From NCBI GenBank assembly GCA_031425795.1, contig JANPJZ010000228.1, forward strand, positions 18-64,017: a stretch of 64,000 nucleotides of DNA, in the 5' to 3' direction. This DNA comes from Rhodobacter sp. GTDB lineage: Bacteria > Pseudomonadota > Alphaproteobacteria > Rhodobacterales > Rhodobacteraceae. Position 1 is the first letter of the stretch. Each line of letters begins with the position of its first letter. The notes under the pieces are model-generated. The model searched no databases, had not been told where the DNA came from, and worked only from the letters and a program-made list of their open reading frames with translations. The position numbers and the translations under genes were made by a program. Positions 19,381 to 28,009 of the stretch are shown piece by piece.

Positions 19381-19408
19381 AGATTAGCGATTGTGGGTCT
19401 CCACGCAA
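19381..19408 (-). promoter_or_regulatory. Promoter TTGCGT-N16-TAATCT, leaderless (6 nt to ATG)
   Basis: Directly behind the capsid-gene terminator. Confidence 0.6.
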
Positions 19409-19410
19409 GT

Positions 19411-19443
19411 AGAAAACCCGGGGGCTTTCGCCCCCGGGTTCTA
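19411..19443 (-). terminator. Terminator after the major capsid gene
   Basis: On the - strand aacccggggg-cgaaag-cccccgggtt followed by a T-run. Confidence 0.85.
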
Positions 19444-19471
19444 CGTCCTTCACCAATAAGGACTTATACCG

Positions 19472-20404
19472 TCAATCTACCAGCGTGACCCGTGCGCAGG
19501 CGGGGGCATTGGCGATAGACATTCCGATGTACTCCCATGCGAGCATAGAAATACTGTTGAACACCTTGCGAACACCGAACTTGGTGCTGTCCAGGACGAG
19601 GAAGCGGCCCAGGGCCTTCTCCTCGGCGTAGAAGTACACCATGCGGGCGGGCTCGCCGCTGGCCAGGGTGGCCGTCGGGTGACGGAAGAGCTCGTCCTTG
19701 ATCGACACGATGAGCTGCAGACCACCGAGCTGGTAGTACTTGAAGCCTTCGATGGTGATCTCCTTCAGGAGGTCGCTGCCGACGTCCTGATAGGTCATCG
19801 TGTAGAAGTCGTTGAACAGGACCTTGGGCATCAGCACCTTGCGGGCGATGAGGCGCTTGGACTCGATCAGGTTCATGCCGACCTTGATGGCGCCCTTGGT
19901 CAGCGTGCCACCGGCACCGGTGGAGTAGCTCACCAGGTTGCCAGCGAGCAGCGCAGCTGCGTCGGTGGCGGCCAGGAAGTACGTGTCCTCGATCTCTTCG
20001 ATCTCGCGGACCGTGTTCTCCTCGATGATCTTGGTCACCGGCTGGGTGTACGCCATCAGCTCGATTTCCTTCTTCTCGAACTTCTTCGAGGCGATCTCGA
20101 AGATGTTGATAGCGTAGCGGTTGCCGGTGATGTACTCGGCATCCGGTTCGCCCTTGAAGGACAGTGCCTTGGCGGGACCGACGTTGACTTCCTTCTCGTC
20201 GATGAACTGGAGCTGGTCGTGGGCGGTCGAGACCTGGAGCTCGTGACGGCCGACGACGCGGGGGGTCAGGACCTGGCGGGCGAAGGAACGCTCGCGCAGC
20301 TTGGTGGCGATGAAGAGGCCGGCCACTTCGGCGACCTTCTGGTTGTTGGCCGAGATCTCGCGGATGAAGGTCTCGGTGTCGCTCTTGAAGATGTCGTATT
20401 CCAT
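19472..20404 (-). CDS. Major capsid protein (HK97 fold)
   Basis: 310 aa; KLRERSFARQVL..EKE..A; follows protease/scaffold/decoration genes; strongly biased codons. Confidence 0.8.
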   Translation of the reverse strand: MEYDIFKSDTETFIREISANNQKVAEVAGLFIATKLRERSFARQVLTPRVVGRHELQVSTAHDQLQFIDEKEVNVGPAKALSFKGEPDAEYITGNRYAINIFEIASKKFEKKEIELMAYTQPVTKIIEENTVREIEEIEDTYFLAATDAAALLAGNLVSYSTGAGGTLTKGAIKVGMNLIESKRLIARKVLMPKVLFNDFYTMTYQDVGSDLLKEITIEGFKYYQLGGLQLIVSIKDELFRHPTATLASGEPARMVYFYAEEKALGRFLVLDSTKFGVRKVFNSISMLAWEYIGMSIANAPACARVTLVD

Positions 20405-20408
20405 GGTC

Positions 20409-20888
20409 TTACTTCCCCATCGAGCGGACGGTGAGCTGAGTCGTCAGGCCGCCGCCGTCGACAACACGCTTGAGAATGACGCAGGTCGCATCGGCCTGGC
20501 CGGAAGCCACAATCAGACGACCGAAGGCGTCGGGCTTGGCGAGAACGCCGTTGTTCAGCGCGGCGCTGGGGTCACAGCCCTCGGGGCCGACCACATACAG
20601 GAAGTTGCCATAAGCGAGGGCGACCTCGTTGTTGGCAACAGCGCTGGGCAGGCTGACGGCCGCGGTGCTGGCGAAGGGGGAGCCGCCGAAATCGGTGGCC
20701 GTACCCGTGTGGATGAGATTGCCCTCGAGGGCAAGGAACAGGCCGGAGGCCTGGGAACCGGGCAGCACGCAACGCTCGGAAGCGTCCACGAAGACCCAAC
20801 GGCCCGACAGGATGTCGGTCGCGGCGAGCTTCGAGCGGCTGGCACGGGGGACTTCGTTGAGTCCCGGATTGATGATGCTGACTGCCAT
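20409..20888 (-). CDS. Capsid decoration/cement protein
   Basis: Small beta-rich protein immediately upstream of the MCP. Confidence 0.55.
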   Translation of the reverse strand: MAVSIINPGLNEVPRASRSKLAATDILSGRWVFVDASERCVLPGSQASGLFLALEGNLIHTGTATDFGGSPFASTAAVSLPSAVANNEVALAYGNFLYVVGPEGCDPSAALNNGVLAKPDAFGRLIVASGQADATCVILKRVVDGGGLTTQLTVRSMGK

Positions 20889-20951
20889 GAGGCATTCCTT
20901 TTGGAGGGACCTGCGGAGTGCAGGCCGGTTGATCGACGAAAGACGAGAAAG

Positions 20952-21431
20952 TTAGCGACCGGGGCGCGTGCGAAGGAACGACGTCAGAACGTCGAGCTTC
21001 GGGTCAGTGGGACGGCTGGCGGTTGCGGCAAGCTCTCCAACTTCCGGAGCGGTGGCTAGCTCGTCGAGTGCAGAGAGTTTTACGGTACCGTCGGCGATCG
21101 AGCGTTGAGCAAAGGTGAGGATGTCACCTACGTCAATCACTCCGTCCTGCGCGAGCTTCACAGAGTTGACGAGAGCAGCGGCGAGCTTGACGTTCTGAGA
21201 ACGAGAGTCACGCAACTGATCGACGACTCCGAGGAGTTGGTCGAGGGCCTCAGCGGCCTGGGCTAGCTTCTGTGTTCCGTCGACTCCAGTGCCATTCATG
21301 GTTGCAGTCGAGTTTCCAGCAGTTTTAGCGGTGCTGATGGTGGAAGATACGAGACTGTCGCGAGCCCGCAAGCCCTGGGCTTCTGCGGCCTTCAGGGTTG
21401 CTGGCAAAGGGGCCACGCGGAGCAGTGACAT
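20952..21431 (-). CDS. Hypothetical head protein, helical, K-x-A rich
   Basis: KTAG, KLAQ, KLAA; atypically AT-rich third positions. Confidence 0.65.
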   Translation of the reverse strand: MSLLRVAPLPATLKAAEAQGLRARDSLVSSTISTAKTAGNSTATMNGTGVDGTQKLAQAAEALDQLLGVVDQLRDSRSQNVKLAAALVNSVKLAQDGVIDVGDILTFAQRSIADGTVKLSALDELATAPEVGELAATASRPTDPKLDVLTSFLRTRPGR

Positions 21432-21434
21432 TGG

Positions 21435-21689
21435 TCAGGCCAAGAGGCGCGTCGCAACGCGCCCGAGGTGGATGAGCGTCGCGACCTTTTCGGCCCGACG
21501 GCTGGCTGCGTCCGCAGCCATCTTGCGCAGGTCGGCGGCCACAGCAGAAGCCGAAGCCACCACTGCGTCGACGTCCGGCGCGGTTGCAGCGGCCGCCGTC
21601 TTGCCGGTCAGGGCAGCGGCGTCCGCCAACATCGCGTCCAGCTTGCCGGACTCGAGAAGCGTCTGGTAGGCAGCACGCGGGTTGAACAT
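21435..21689 (-). CDS. Small hypothetical head protein (K-x-A motifs)
   Basis: ATG 21689 adjacent to the upstream stop; KTAA, KMAA, KVAT. Confidence 0.65.
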   Translation of the reverse strand: MFNPRAAYQTLLESGKLDAMLADAAALTGKTAAAATAPDVDAVVASASAVAADLRKMAADAASRRAEKVATLIHLGRVATRLLA

Positions 21690-21690
21690 G

Positions 21691-22254
21691 TCAGATCTCC
21701 AGGAGAGCGGCGGCACCGGCGCCGGGGACCACCAGCGGATCACGGCCGGCCCAGGCGGCGAGTTCGGGCACGACGGACGCGACCTTGGAGGCTTCCGTGG
21801 TGGCCAGGAGAGCCTGGGTGGCAGGGGCACGTTCGGGCGTCCAGGCGGAGGACTTCGTGGCTTCGTCCAGCGAGTCGAGCTGCAGGGCAGCCAACCGCAC
21901 GACTTCAGCCGGCGACAAGCCCGCGATCTTCTGTTCCGCGATCAGGGTCGCAGCGCTGCGCAGGGCAGCGAGCATGACGGTGTCAGCCAGGGCCGCAGCC
22001 TTGGTGACTTCGTTGTCCCGATGCGCGATGTACTTCTGCGCCAGCTTCAGCGCATCGTCGCGGCAGTCTTCCAGCGTGGGGTACGAAACCCCGTCCAGCT
22101 GCAGCTGCTCGAAGTAGCGAGCTGCGAGCTTCGCCACTTCGACCGTGACGCCCAGGGCTTCGGCGGTCTTCTCCACCGGCGTCACCGCAGGGGCAGCGAT
22201 GCCGCTGCGGACCAGCGTTTCGTGATAGAAGTCGGATTCAGATTTCAGAGCCAT
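21691..22254 (-). CDS. Hypothetical head protein (K-x-A motifs)
   Basis: KTAE, KLAA, KLAQ, KVAS. Confidence 0.7.
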   Translation of the reverse strand: MALKSESDFYHETLVRSGIAAPAVTPVEKTAEALGVTVEVAKLAARYFEQLQLDGVSYPTLEDCRDDALKLAQKYIAHRDNEVTKAAALADTVMLAALRSAATLIAEQKIAGLSPAEVVRLAALQLDSLDEATKSSAWTPERAPATQALLATTEASKVASVVPELAAWAGRDPLVVPGAGAAALLEI

Positions 22255-22284
22255 GGGTACTCACGCGTTTGGGTGATAGGAGCC

Positions 22285-22311
22285 ATGGTAGCCCCGACAA
22301 AAACAACGCAA
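22285..22311 (-). promoter_or_regulatory. Promoter TTGCGT-N15-TACCAT
   Basis: -35 is embedded in the arm of the upstream terminator. Confidence 0.7.
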
Positions 22312-22338
22312 CCGGTGGCGTGGGCCACCGGTTGCGTT
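22298..22338 (-). terminator. Terminator after the scaffold gene (15-bp perfect stem)
   Basis: aacgcaaccggtggc / gccaccggttgcgtt followed by gttttt on the - strand. Confidence 0.8.
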
Positions 22339-22362
22339 CAGCAAACCATCGACTGGAAGGAC

Positions 22363-23109
22363 TCAGCCCTTGCCGTGGCTCACGGGCTGCTCGACGCCGC
22401 CGGAGGCCATACCGGGGTTGCCGGGCATGGTCACGGTTTCCTCGAAGCGCAGGAGCTTGCCGTCGACGCCGCGGACGGGCTGACGGGTACCAGCGCTGGC
22501 GCCGGCCTGGTACATCGTGGTGTTCTGGTTGCGCTCAGCCTGGGCGAGGACCTCGCTGTCGGCGGGATTGGCCCCGGAGCCCCAGAAGCTGGTGACCCAG
22601 CCGGCGTCGGGCTGGCTGCCGATGACTTCGGCGCTCTTGGCGATCTGAATCGCACGGTTGTGCAGATCGGCGGGGGTGCAGCCGGTCATGGCGCAGGTGG
22701 CAGTCACGTCGGCGAGCGACGCCTGCTTGGAGGCCAGGCGGACAGCGCAGGCTTCCTTGGCCATGCCGTGGTACTGCAGGGCACCGCGGGATTCCAGCTC
22801 AGTGACCATGGCCTGCTTGGTGGCCTCTTCGGCGGTCTTCTGCGCTTCGAGCTCCTGGGCGTAGAGGACCTCAGCAGCCTTGACGGGGACGTCGCCGTAG
22901 CCGGCGGTCTTGGCCCAATCCTGAGCGGGGGTGGTGGTCACGGTGGCGACTTTCTGGACGGGGGCGGCGACGGGGGCGGGAACAGGAGCCGCGGCGACGG
23001 GCGCAGCGGTCTTGGCCGGAACCGGAGCAGCGGCCACGGGGGCGGCAGCGACGGGAGCGGCGGTTTTGGAGGGGGCGGCGACGAATTCGCCGAGGGAGCG
23101 GACAGCCAT
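22363..23109 (-). CDS. Putative scaffolding protein with AAPV repeats
   Basis: Between protease and capsid; low-complexity; many K-x-A motifs. Confidence 0.6.
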   Translation of the reverse strand: MAVRSLGEFVAAPSKTAAPVAAAPVAAAPVPAKTAAPVAAAPVPAPVAAPVQKVATVTTTPAQDWAKTAGYGDVPVKAAEVLYAQELEAQKTAEEATKQAMVTELESRGALQYHGMAKEACAVRLASKQASLADVTATCAMTGCTPADLHNRAIQIAKSAEVIGSQPDAGWVTSFWGSGANPADSEVLAQAERNQNTTMYQAGASAGTRQPVRGVDGKLLRFEETVTMPGNPGMASGGVEQPVSHGKG

Positions 23110-23116
23110 GATTTCC

Positions 23117-24502
23117 TCAGAGGGGAAGACCTACGCCAGCGTGGGCGAGGTGGTAGAGAGCGGAGGTGATATTGCCAGAGGCTTGCAGTTCGGCGAGTGC
23201 CGGGTTTTTCGCTGCAATTTTGGCAATGTGCGTGATCGGCAAAGAGCTCAGGCAAGCGCGGTAGAACGCGTAGTATTCAGCGGCGAGCTGATGCCCTTCT
23301 GCAGCGATCTTCGCAGGCTCCCAACCAGTGGCGAGACAAGGCGCCACGTAGCCAGACCGAGCGGCCATCTTGCTGCGCAGGACGGTATACGCGGACGGAG
23401 AGAATTTGTCCAGCGGCACACCAGGGAAGCCTTGGATGTCACCGTTCCAACTGGCCGCCTTGGAGGGTTCGACTGCGAGCGTGGCGTGGATCAGCTCGTG
23501 CGGTGACAGAACGATGCCCATGAGAGCAGCCGTTCCGAGCAACGCGGGCAGGCCATCGACGCTGGCAGCCTTGAGCTCGTCCGGCGTGTACTCGGGCACC
23601 AGGTCGATTTTGGCGACCGGGGTCTCGTACGGAACGTCGCCGGCGGTGCCCCGGGACACCAGGGGGATCTGCTTCTCGATCTCGGACCGCTTCTGGGCCC
23701 AGTTGTGGCTCAGGTGGTCGCGGGTGTCTTCCGCGTGGTTCACCCGGCGGACAGCGTCCAGGGTGTGCGAGGCGACCTTCGAGAGGCTGAATGCCACCGG
23801 GTCAGCAGGCACGCCGACATCCGAGTAGTCGAAGAACCGGCAGCCGTAGTTCTCGGCCGTGACCTGACGCCCGTCAGGCATCACTTCGTTCATGTGGTTC
23901 TTGAGATGGTCGCAGCGCTGGTGAATGAATTCGTTTTCGGCACCGCAGTAGCGGCACTTCTCGTGGCTGATGCGGGTGCCCATCGAGCCCGTGAGATACC
24001 CACGCTGCTCGAACTTCTTCATGATGTTCGGATCGCAGTTCAGGCCCAGTTCGGGAATGGGTTCCCGGGCAATGCGAATGATCAGTTCCACGCGCCGCAT
24101 CGGGGTGTTCCAGCCGGCGCAGCCGATGTCGCCGTAGGCCGGATCCCGGTCGCTGTTCGCGTGATTCTTGAAGAACTTCGCGGTCTCGAACGTCTTGTAG
24201 CGCGGCACGCAGATGCCGGCCAGGCGGCCAGTATTCTTGGCGGCCTCTTCGGGGCCTTGCAGCCCCGTCAGCTGATCGCTGGTGAACACGTCACCATTGA
24301 GGTTGCTGCCATAGAAGTCACCGTCGCTCATCGCGATCATGTGCACGTAGCCGAAGCGTGGATCAGGCTTCAACTCCGCGCAGTACCGCTCGATGTCCGG
24401 CGGCACGTGCGTGTCGAACTGTCCAATCGCGATCTTCGTCGCTTCGGCGAAGAGCGGATTGATCTCGAGCGGAATGCCGGTGATGATCTTGGTGATCGCC
24501 AT
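23117..24502 (-). CDS. Prohead (capsid maturation) protease with Zn-finger insert
   Basis: YGSNLNGD; GSMG..KCRYCG..RCDH; FFDYSDVGVPADPVAFSLSKVAS. Confidence 0.8.
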   Translation of the reverse strand: MAITKIITGIPLEINPLFAEATKIAIGQFDTHVPPDIERYCAELKPDPRFGYVHMIAMSDGDFYGSNLNGDVFTSDQLTGLQGPEEAAKNTGRLAGICVPRYKTFETAKFFKNHANSDRDPAYGDIGCAGWNTPMRRVELIIRIAREPIPELGLNCDPNIMKKFEQRGYLTGSMGTRISHEKCRYCGAENEFIHQRCDHLKNHMNEVMPDGRQVTAENYGCRFFDYSDVGVPADPVAFSLSKVASHTLDAVRRVNHAEDTRDHLSHNWAQKRSEIEKQIPLVSRGTAGDVPYETPVAKIDLVPEYTPDELKAASVDGLPALLGTAALMGIVLSPHELIHATLAVEPSKAASWNGDIQGFPGVPLDKFSPSAYTVLRSKMAARSGYVAPCLATGWEPAKIAAEGHQLAAEYYAFYRACLSSLPITHIAKIAAKNPALAELQASGNITSALYHLAHAGVGLPL

Positions 24503-24505
24503 GGC

Positions 24506-25486
24506 TCAGACCTGCGACACCGTGGGCAAGCTCACCGCGGTGGGCGAGGGCTTCGTGAGCAGAGCCTGCTTGGCGGTGGTGATGCGGCTGGCGATCTCAG
24601 TGGTCCAGCCAGTCACCTTGGCCCGGGCGTCGGCGTCGACGGCGCTGTCCAGGCTGAACTGGTGAGGCGAGGAGCTGCGCACCGGCACCAGGACGGGGCC
24701 GCCGGCGAGCACGAACGTGTTCGGCGCGGTGGACGGCAGCGTCTGGAAGCTGAGCTGGGTCACGATGGCATAGCCAGCGGTGGCCTGGCCGCTGTTGAAG
24801 AACAGACCGACGGCAACGCCGGGCAGCGCGATCGTGGCGACGGCGAGCTGGGTGAACGTCAGGCCATTGTCCAGGCTGTAGGACAGGGTGATGTTCTCGC
24901 TGACCCGGGCGGCGCGCAGCAGGATGCCGTGCGGGTTGGTCCGGGCGAACGTCGCGACGGATGGCATCGCGCCGCCCTCCGTCGTGCGCCGACGGTACTG
25001 GATGCCGAGTGCCGACTGGCTGCCGCCCCAGCCGAAGAGGAGGCCAGGCGCTGCGTCACCGGGAGCCGTGAAGACACCGATGCCGAGCATGAACCCGTCG
25101 GTGGCCACCGGGTCGATGAAGCCCTGGACGTGGTCGATGCGGAACATGAATTCCCAGTCGCCGATGACCTGGGCGTTCTGGTGGAACATTCCGGGGTTCG
25201 CGGACACCGTGGCCGGGAAGACGCCGGAGGCCGTCAGTTCGTAGCCAGCCAGGCCGGGGTTGAAGTTAACCGAGCCGGCCACCGCCACGGTGCCGATGTC
25301 GCCGGCCGTCAGGGGGATGGCCAGCGAGGTCTGGGGGACCGTCGGCACGTAGGCAAACGTGCCCACGCGGTCGATCCGGGGCTCACCGTAGGCCGTGAAA
25401 TAGCTGGTCTCCACCGGGTCAACTTCGACCGCGACGGAGCCCTTGTACACGCCGGCCTGGGCTTCGATGGTCTTGGTGATGATCAT
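24506..25486 (-). CDS. Virion protein with ConA/LamG-like lectin domain
   Basis: Beta-sandwich with LLRAARVSENITLSYSLDNGLTFTQL. Confidence 0.5.
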   Translation of the reverse strand: MIITKTIEAQAGVYKGSVAVEVDPVETSYFTAYGEPRIDRVGTFAYVPTVPQTSLAIPLTAGDIGTVAVAGSVNFNPGLAGYELTASGVFPATVSANPGMFHQNAQVIGDWEFMFRIDHVQGFIDPVATDGFMLGIGVFTAPGDAAPGLLFGWGGSQSALGIQYRRRTTEGGAMPSVATFARTNPHGILLRAARVSENITLSYSLDNGLTFTQLAVATIALPGVAVGLFFNSGQATAGYAIVTQLSFQTLPSTAPNTFVLAGGPVLVPVRSSSPHQFSLDSAVDADARAKVTGWTTEIASRITTAKQALLTKPSPTAVSLPTVSQV

Positions 25487-25487
25487 T

Positions 25488-25895
25488 TTAGCGCACCTTC
25501 AGGGCGGGCATGTGAGGGGCCGGGATGGGGAACGGAATCGGCGTCGGGCTCGGGGCCTTCGGAGGGATTGCCATGTGGTGGCCGGAGGACGGGTCCACCG
25601 CATCGTGGACTGCGCCAAGCGCGTTCAACTCATGCAGCGGATCCTGGGCCTTTTCGGCGGCGTACATTGCCTTGATCTTGCGCGGGTCGGCACCGAGAGC
25701 CTGCATGCCCTCGTAAGAGTCATGCCGGATCTGCCGAGGAACGGTCACCGGCAGGCCAGGCACACCGTGCAGGGTCATGAGGTGGCTGGCGTCGCCACGC
25801 CGATGCGCGGCAGCCTGCTGGGTAGCAGGGCCGGCCGGCAGGGCAACGGCGGCGCGCTTCGCGATGTGGTCAGTGGCGTAGAAGAGCATGATCAA
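25488..25895 (-). CDS. Hypothetical protein with FYATD..KRAA leader
   Basis: MIMLFYATDHIAKRAA; tight coupling to neighbours. Confidence 0.65.
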   Translation of the reverse strand: MIMLFYATDHIAKRAAVALPAGPATQQAAAHRRGDASHLMTLHGVPGLPVTVPRQIRHDSYEGMQALGADPRKIKAMYAAEKAQDPLHELNALGAVHDAVDPSSGHHMAIPPKAPSPTPIPFPIPAPHMPALKVR

Positions 25896-27616
25896 CCCTT
25901 GAAGAGCGAAAAGGCGTTGGCGAGGATCGCGTCCCGCTGGCGATCGAGCTCGGCGAGCTTCATCGTCAGCTGGATGCTGGGCAGGGGGATCGTCACGCTC
26001 ATGCCGCCCATGCCATCAGGCACAGCAGTCGGGGGCGCGGCGGGCAGCATGCTGGGGGCACCAACAGGTGCTGGCGCGGCAGCCGGAGCCTGGGCGGGCA
26101 GCGGCGTCGGGGCCTGTCCCGCCGCAGCCATCTGCTGGGCCAGCGCATCATCGGCGGCCTGGTCTTCGGGGCTGCCTTCTGGCAAAGCCCCGGGGCCAGT
26201 GTGGTGGTCCAGCTCGTCTTCGACGGAGCCTTCGATGGCCTCGCCGGGGGCGGCTTCTGGGGGCATCTCGCCAGTGGCTTCGGGCGGCAGTTCGGCCTCC
26301 GCACCAGGCGGCATCTCGCCAGTGGCTTCGGGCGGCAGTTCGGCCTCCGCACCGGGCGGCAGTTCGGCCTCCGCACCAGGCGGCAGCTCGCCAGTGGCTT
26401 CAGGAGGCAGTTCGGCACCAGGGGGCATCTCGCCTTCCGGCTGGCCCATGGCTTCAGGAGGCATCTCGCCAGCGGCTTCGGGAGGCAATTCGCTCTCGGC
26501 GCCAGGGGGCATCTCGCCGGCGGCTTCGGGAGGCATTTCGCCTTCGGCACCAGGAGGCATTTCGCCTTCCGGCTGGCCCATGGCCTCCGGGGGCATTCCG
26601 CCTGCGGGCTGCTCGCCGTGGGGCGCATCGCCTTCCGGCGGCTGGCCCTGGGCTTCCATCGGCTGGCCGGTGGTGGGGTCCACGCCGTACTCGTCCTGGT
26701 ACGCGCTGGACATCTGACCCTGCACGCCGGCGGCCTGGGCCATCATCTGCTCGCGCTGCGCCAGCACTTCCTCACGCTGTGCCAGCTCCTGCTCTTTCAT
26801 CAACAGCTCGCGCACCACCGCGTCGAGCGGCATGAGCGGGTACTGCTGGGTCTGCTGGCCCATGTCGTAGGCGTTGGTGGCCTGCTCCATCGTGGTGCCA
26901 GAACCAGAGAAGGCGTCGGTCAGGCCTGCGGTCTTCATGGGCTCTGTGCCCCAGTTGAAGAAGCAGGGCGTGCCGTCCAGGGCGATGTGGGTGGCCCGGA
27001 CGCAGGCAGTCTTGCCGCTGAACGAGCCGGTGGACAGCACGTTGGCAGCGGAGCCGACGGTGCCGACGTTCTTCATGCCGCTGATCGCGGTGTCGAGCAT
27101 GCCGCCGTCAGAGCGCTGGCCCGTCATGTTCTTGCGGATGTCGCTGAGCCGGCCCACGGTGCCGAGATCGATGTTGGGCTGGGCCGACATCTGGCGCAGC
27201 AGGTCAACTGCCACGGGCGTGTTCTGGGCGACGGAAGGGGCGGCCGAGTACAGCAGGTCGTAGAGGGCCTTGCCGCGAACGGGGTCGTGCATCAGTTCGG
27301 GCGCGTGGGCCTGCAGATCAGCGAAGCCCTTGGACTTGGCCCGGGCGTCCATGATCGCGCTGACACCCGCAGCGGCGGGGCCGGCAATCATCGTGCCCAG
27401 GGCCAGGGCCCGGACGACAGGCTCGCTGAGGAACGCCTGCTTTGCAGAGACCCGGTCGTTGTCGTTCTCGATCTCTTCGAGGCGGTCGAGCACAGCCGCC
27501 CGGTCCGCCGCATCGAGGTTGAGTTCCGCGATCTTCTGGAGCAGCATGCCGTAGACGGCAGCCGGGCCATTCACAGAGGCGGAAATCAGGTCGGCTTCAG
27601 CAGCGGTTTTGTTCAC
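25892..27616 (-). CDS. Large head-associated protein with acidic GEMPPEA tandem repeats
   Basis: GTG start overlapping the upstream stop; KTAA, KIAE, KQAF, KTAC, KTAG, KLAE. Confidence 0.75.
   Translation of the reverse strand: MNKTAAEADLISASVNGPAAVYGMLLQKIAELNLDAADRAAVLDRLEEIENDNDRVSAKQAFLSEPVVRALALGTMIAGPAAAGVSAIMDARAKSKGFADLQAHAPELMHDPVRGKALYDLLYSAAPSVAQNTPVAVDLLRQMSAQPNIDLGTVGRLSDIRKNMTGQRSDGGMLDTAISGMKNVGTVGSAANVLSTGSFSGKTACVRATHIALDGTPCFFNWGTEPMKTAGLTDAFSGSGTTMEQATNAYDMGQQTQQYPLMPLDAVVRELLMKEQELAQREEVLAQREQMMAQAAGVQGQMSSAYQDEYGVDPTTGQPMEAQGQPPEGDAPHGEQPAGGMPPEAMGQPEGEMPPGAEGEMPPEAAGEMPPGAESELPPEAAGEMPPEAMGQPEGEMPPGAELPPEATGELPPGAEAELPPGAEAELPPEATGEMPPGAEAELPPEATGEMPPEAAPGEAIEGSVEDELDHHTGPGALPEGSPEDQAADDALAQQMAAAGQAPTPLPAQAPAAAPAPVGAPSMLPAAPPTAVPDGMGGMSVTIPLPSIQLTMKLAELDRQRDAILANAFSLFKG
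26245..26600 (-). repeat. Coding tandem repeat (about 24-nt units; GE[ML]PP[EG]A[AET])
   Basis: About 13 units such as ggcatctcgcc and ggcggcagttcggcctccgcacc. Confidence 0.85.
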
Positions 27617-28008
27617 GGGGTATGCCCTTCAACGGAGGAGACAGGATTCAGGAGAGGTTCTTGGGCCGTCAGGTGCTTGACCGCGTCGTGGTACAAGCCC
27701 TTCGACACCGACACGGGGTGCGTGAATGCCTGGTGCGGGAGCGCCGGGATCTCAGGGAGGACCGCACCAGCGATGGACTCAGCGCCCTTGAAGGCCCGGG
27801 CCGCGCCGGGGGCGGGGTGCCGAGCCATCTGGCTGCGCCCCGTGACAGGGGCAGACTTCGGATCCGAGCGACCGTTGGACGGGCGGATCTGGGCGACGGG
27901 GCCGCGCTTCGTCACCGTCTGGGTGGACTCGATGGCCTGGTTCTGGACGGGCCCAGTGATGACCGGGTCGTTCGTCTGCGCCACCTTGACGAGGGGGAAG
28001 TACATCAT
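27613..28008 (-). CDS. Hypothetical protein
   Basis: Coupled ORF; VKVAQ near the N-terminus. Confidence 0.6.
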   Translation of the reverse strand: MMYFPLVKVAQTNDPVITGPVQNQAIESTQTVTKRGPVAQIRPSNGRSDPKSAPVTGRSQMARHPAPGAARAFKGAESIAGAVLPEIPALPHQAFTHPVSVSKGLYHDAVKHLTAQEPLLNPVSSVEGHTP

Positions 28009-28009
28009 G

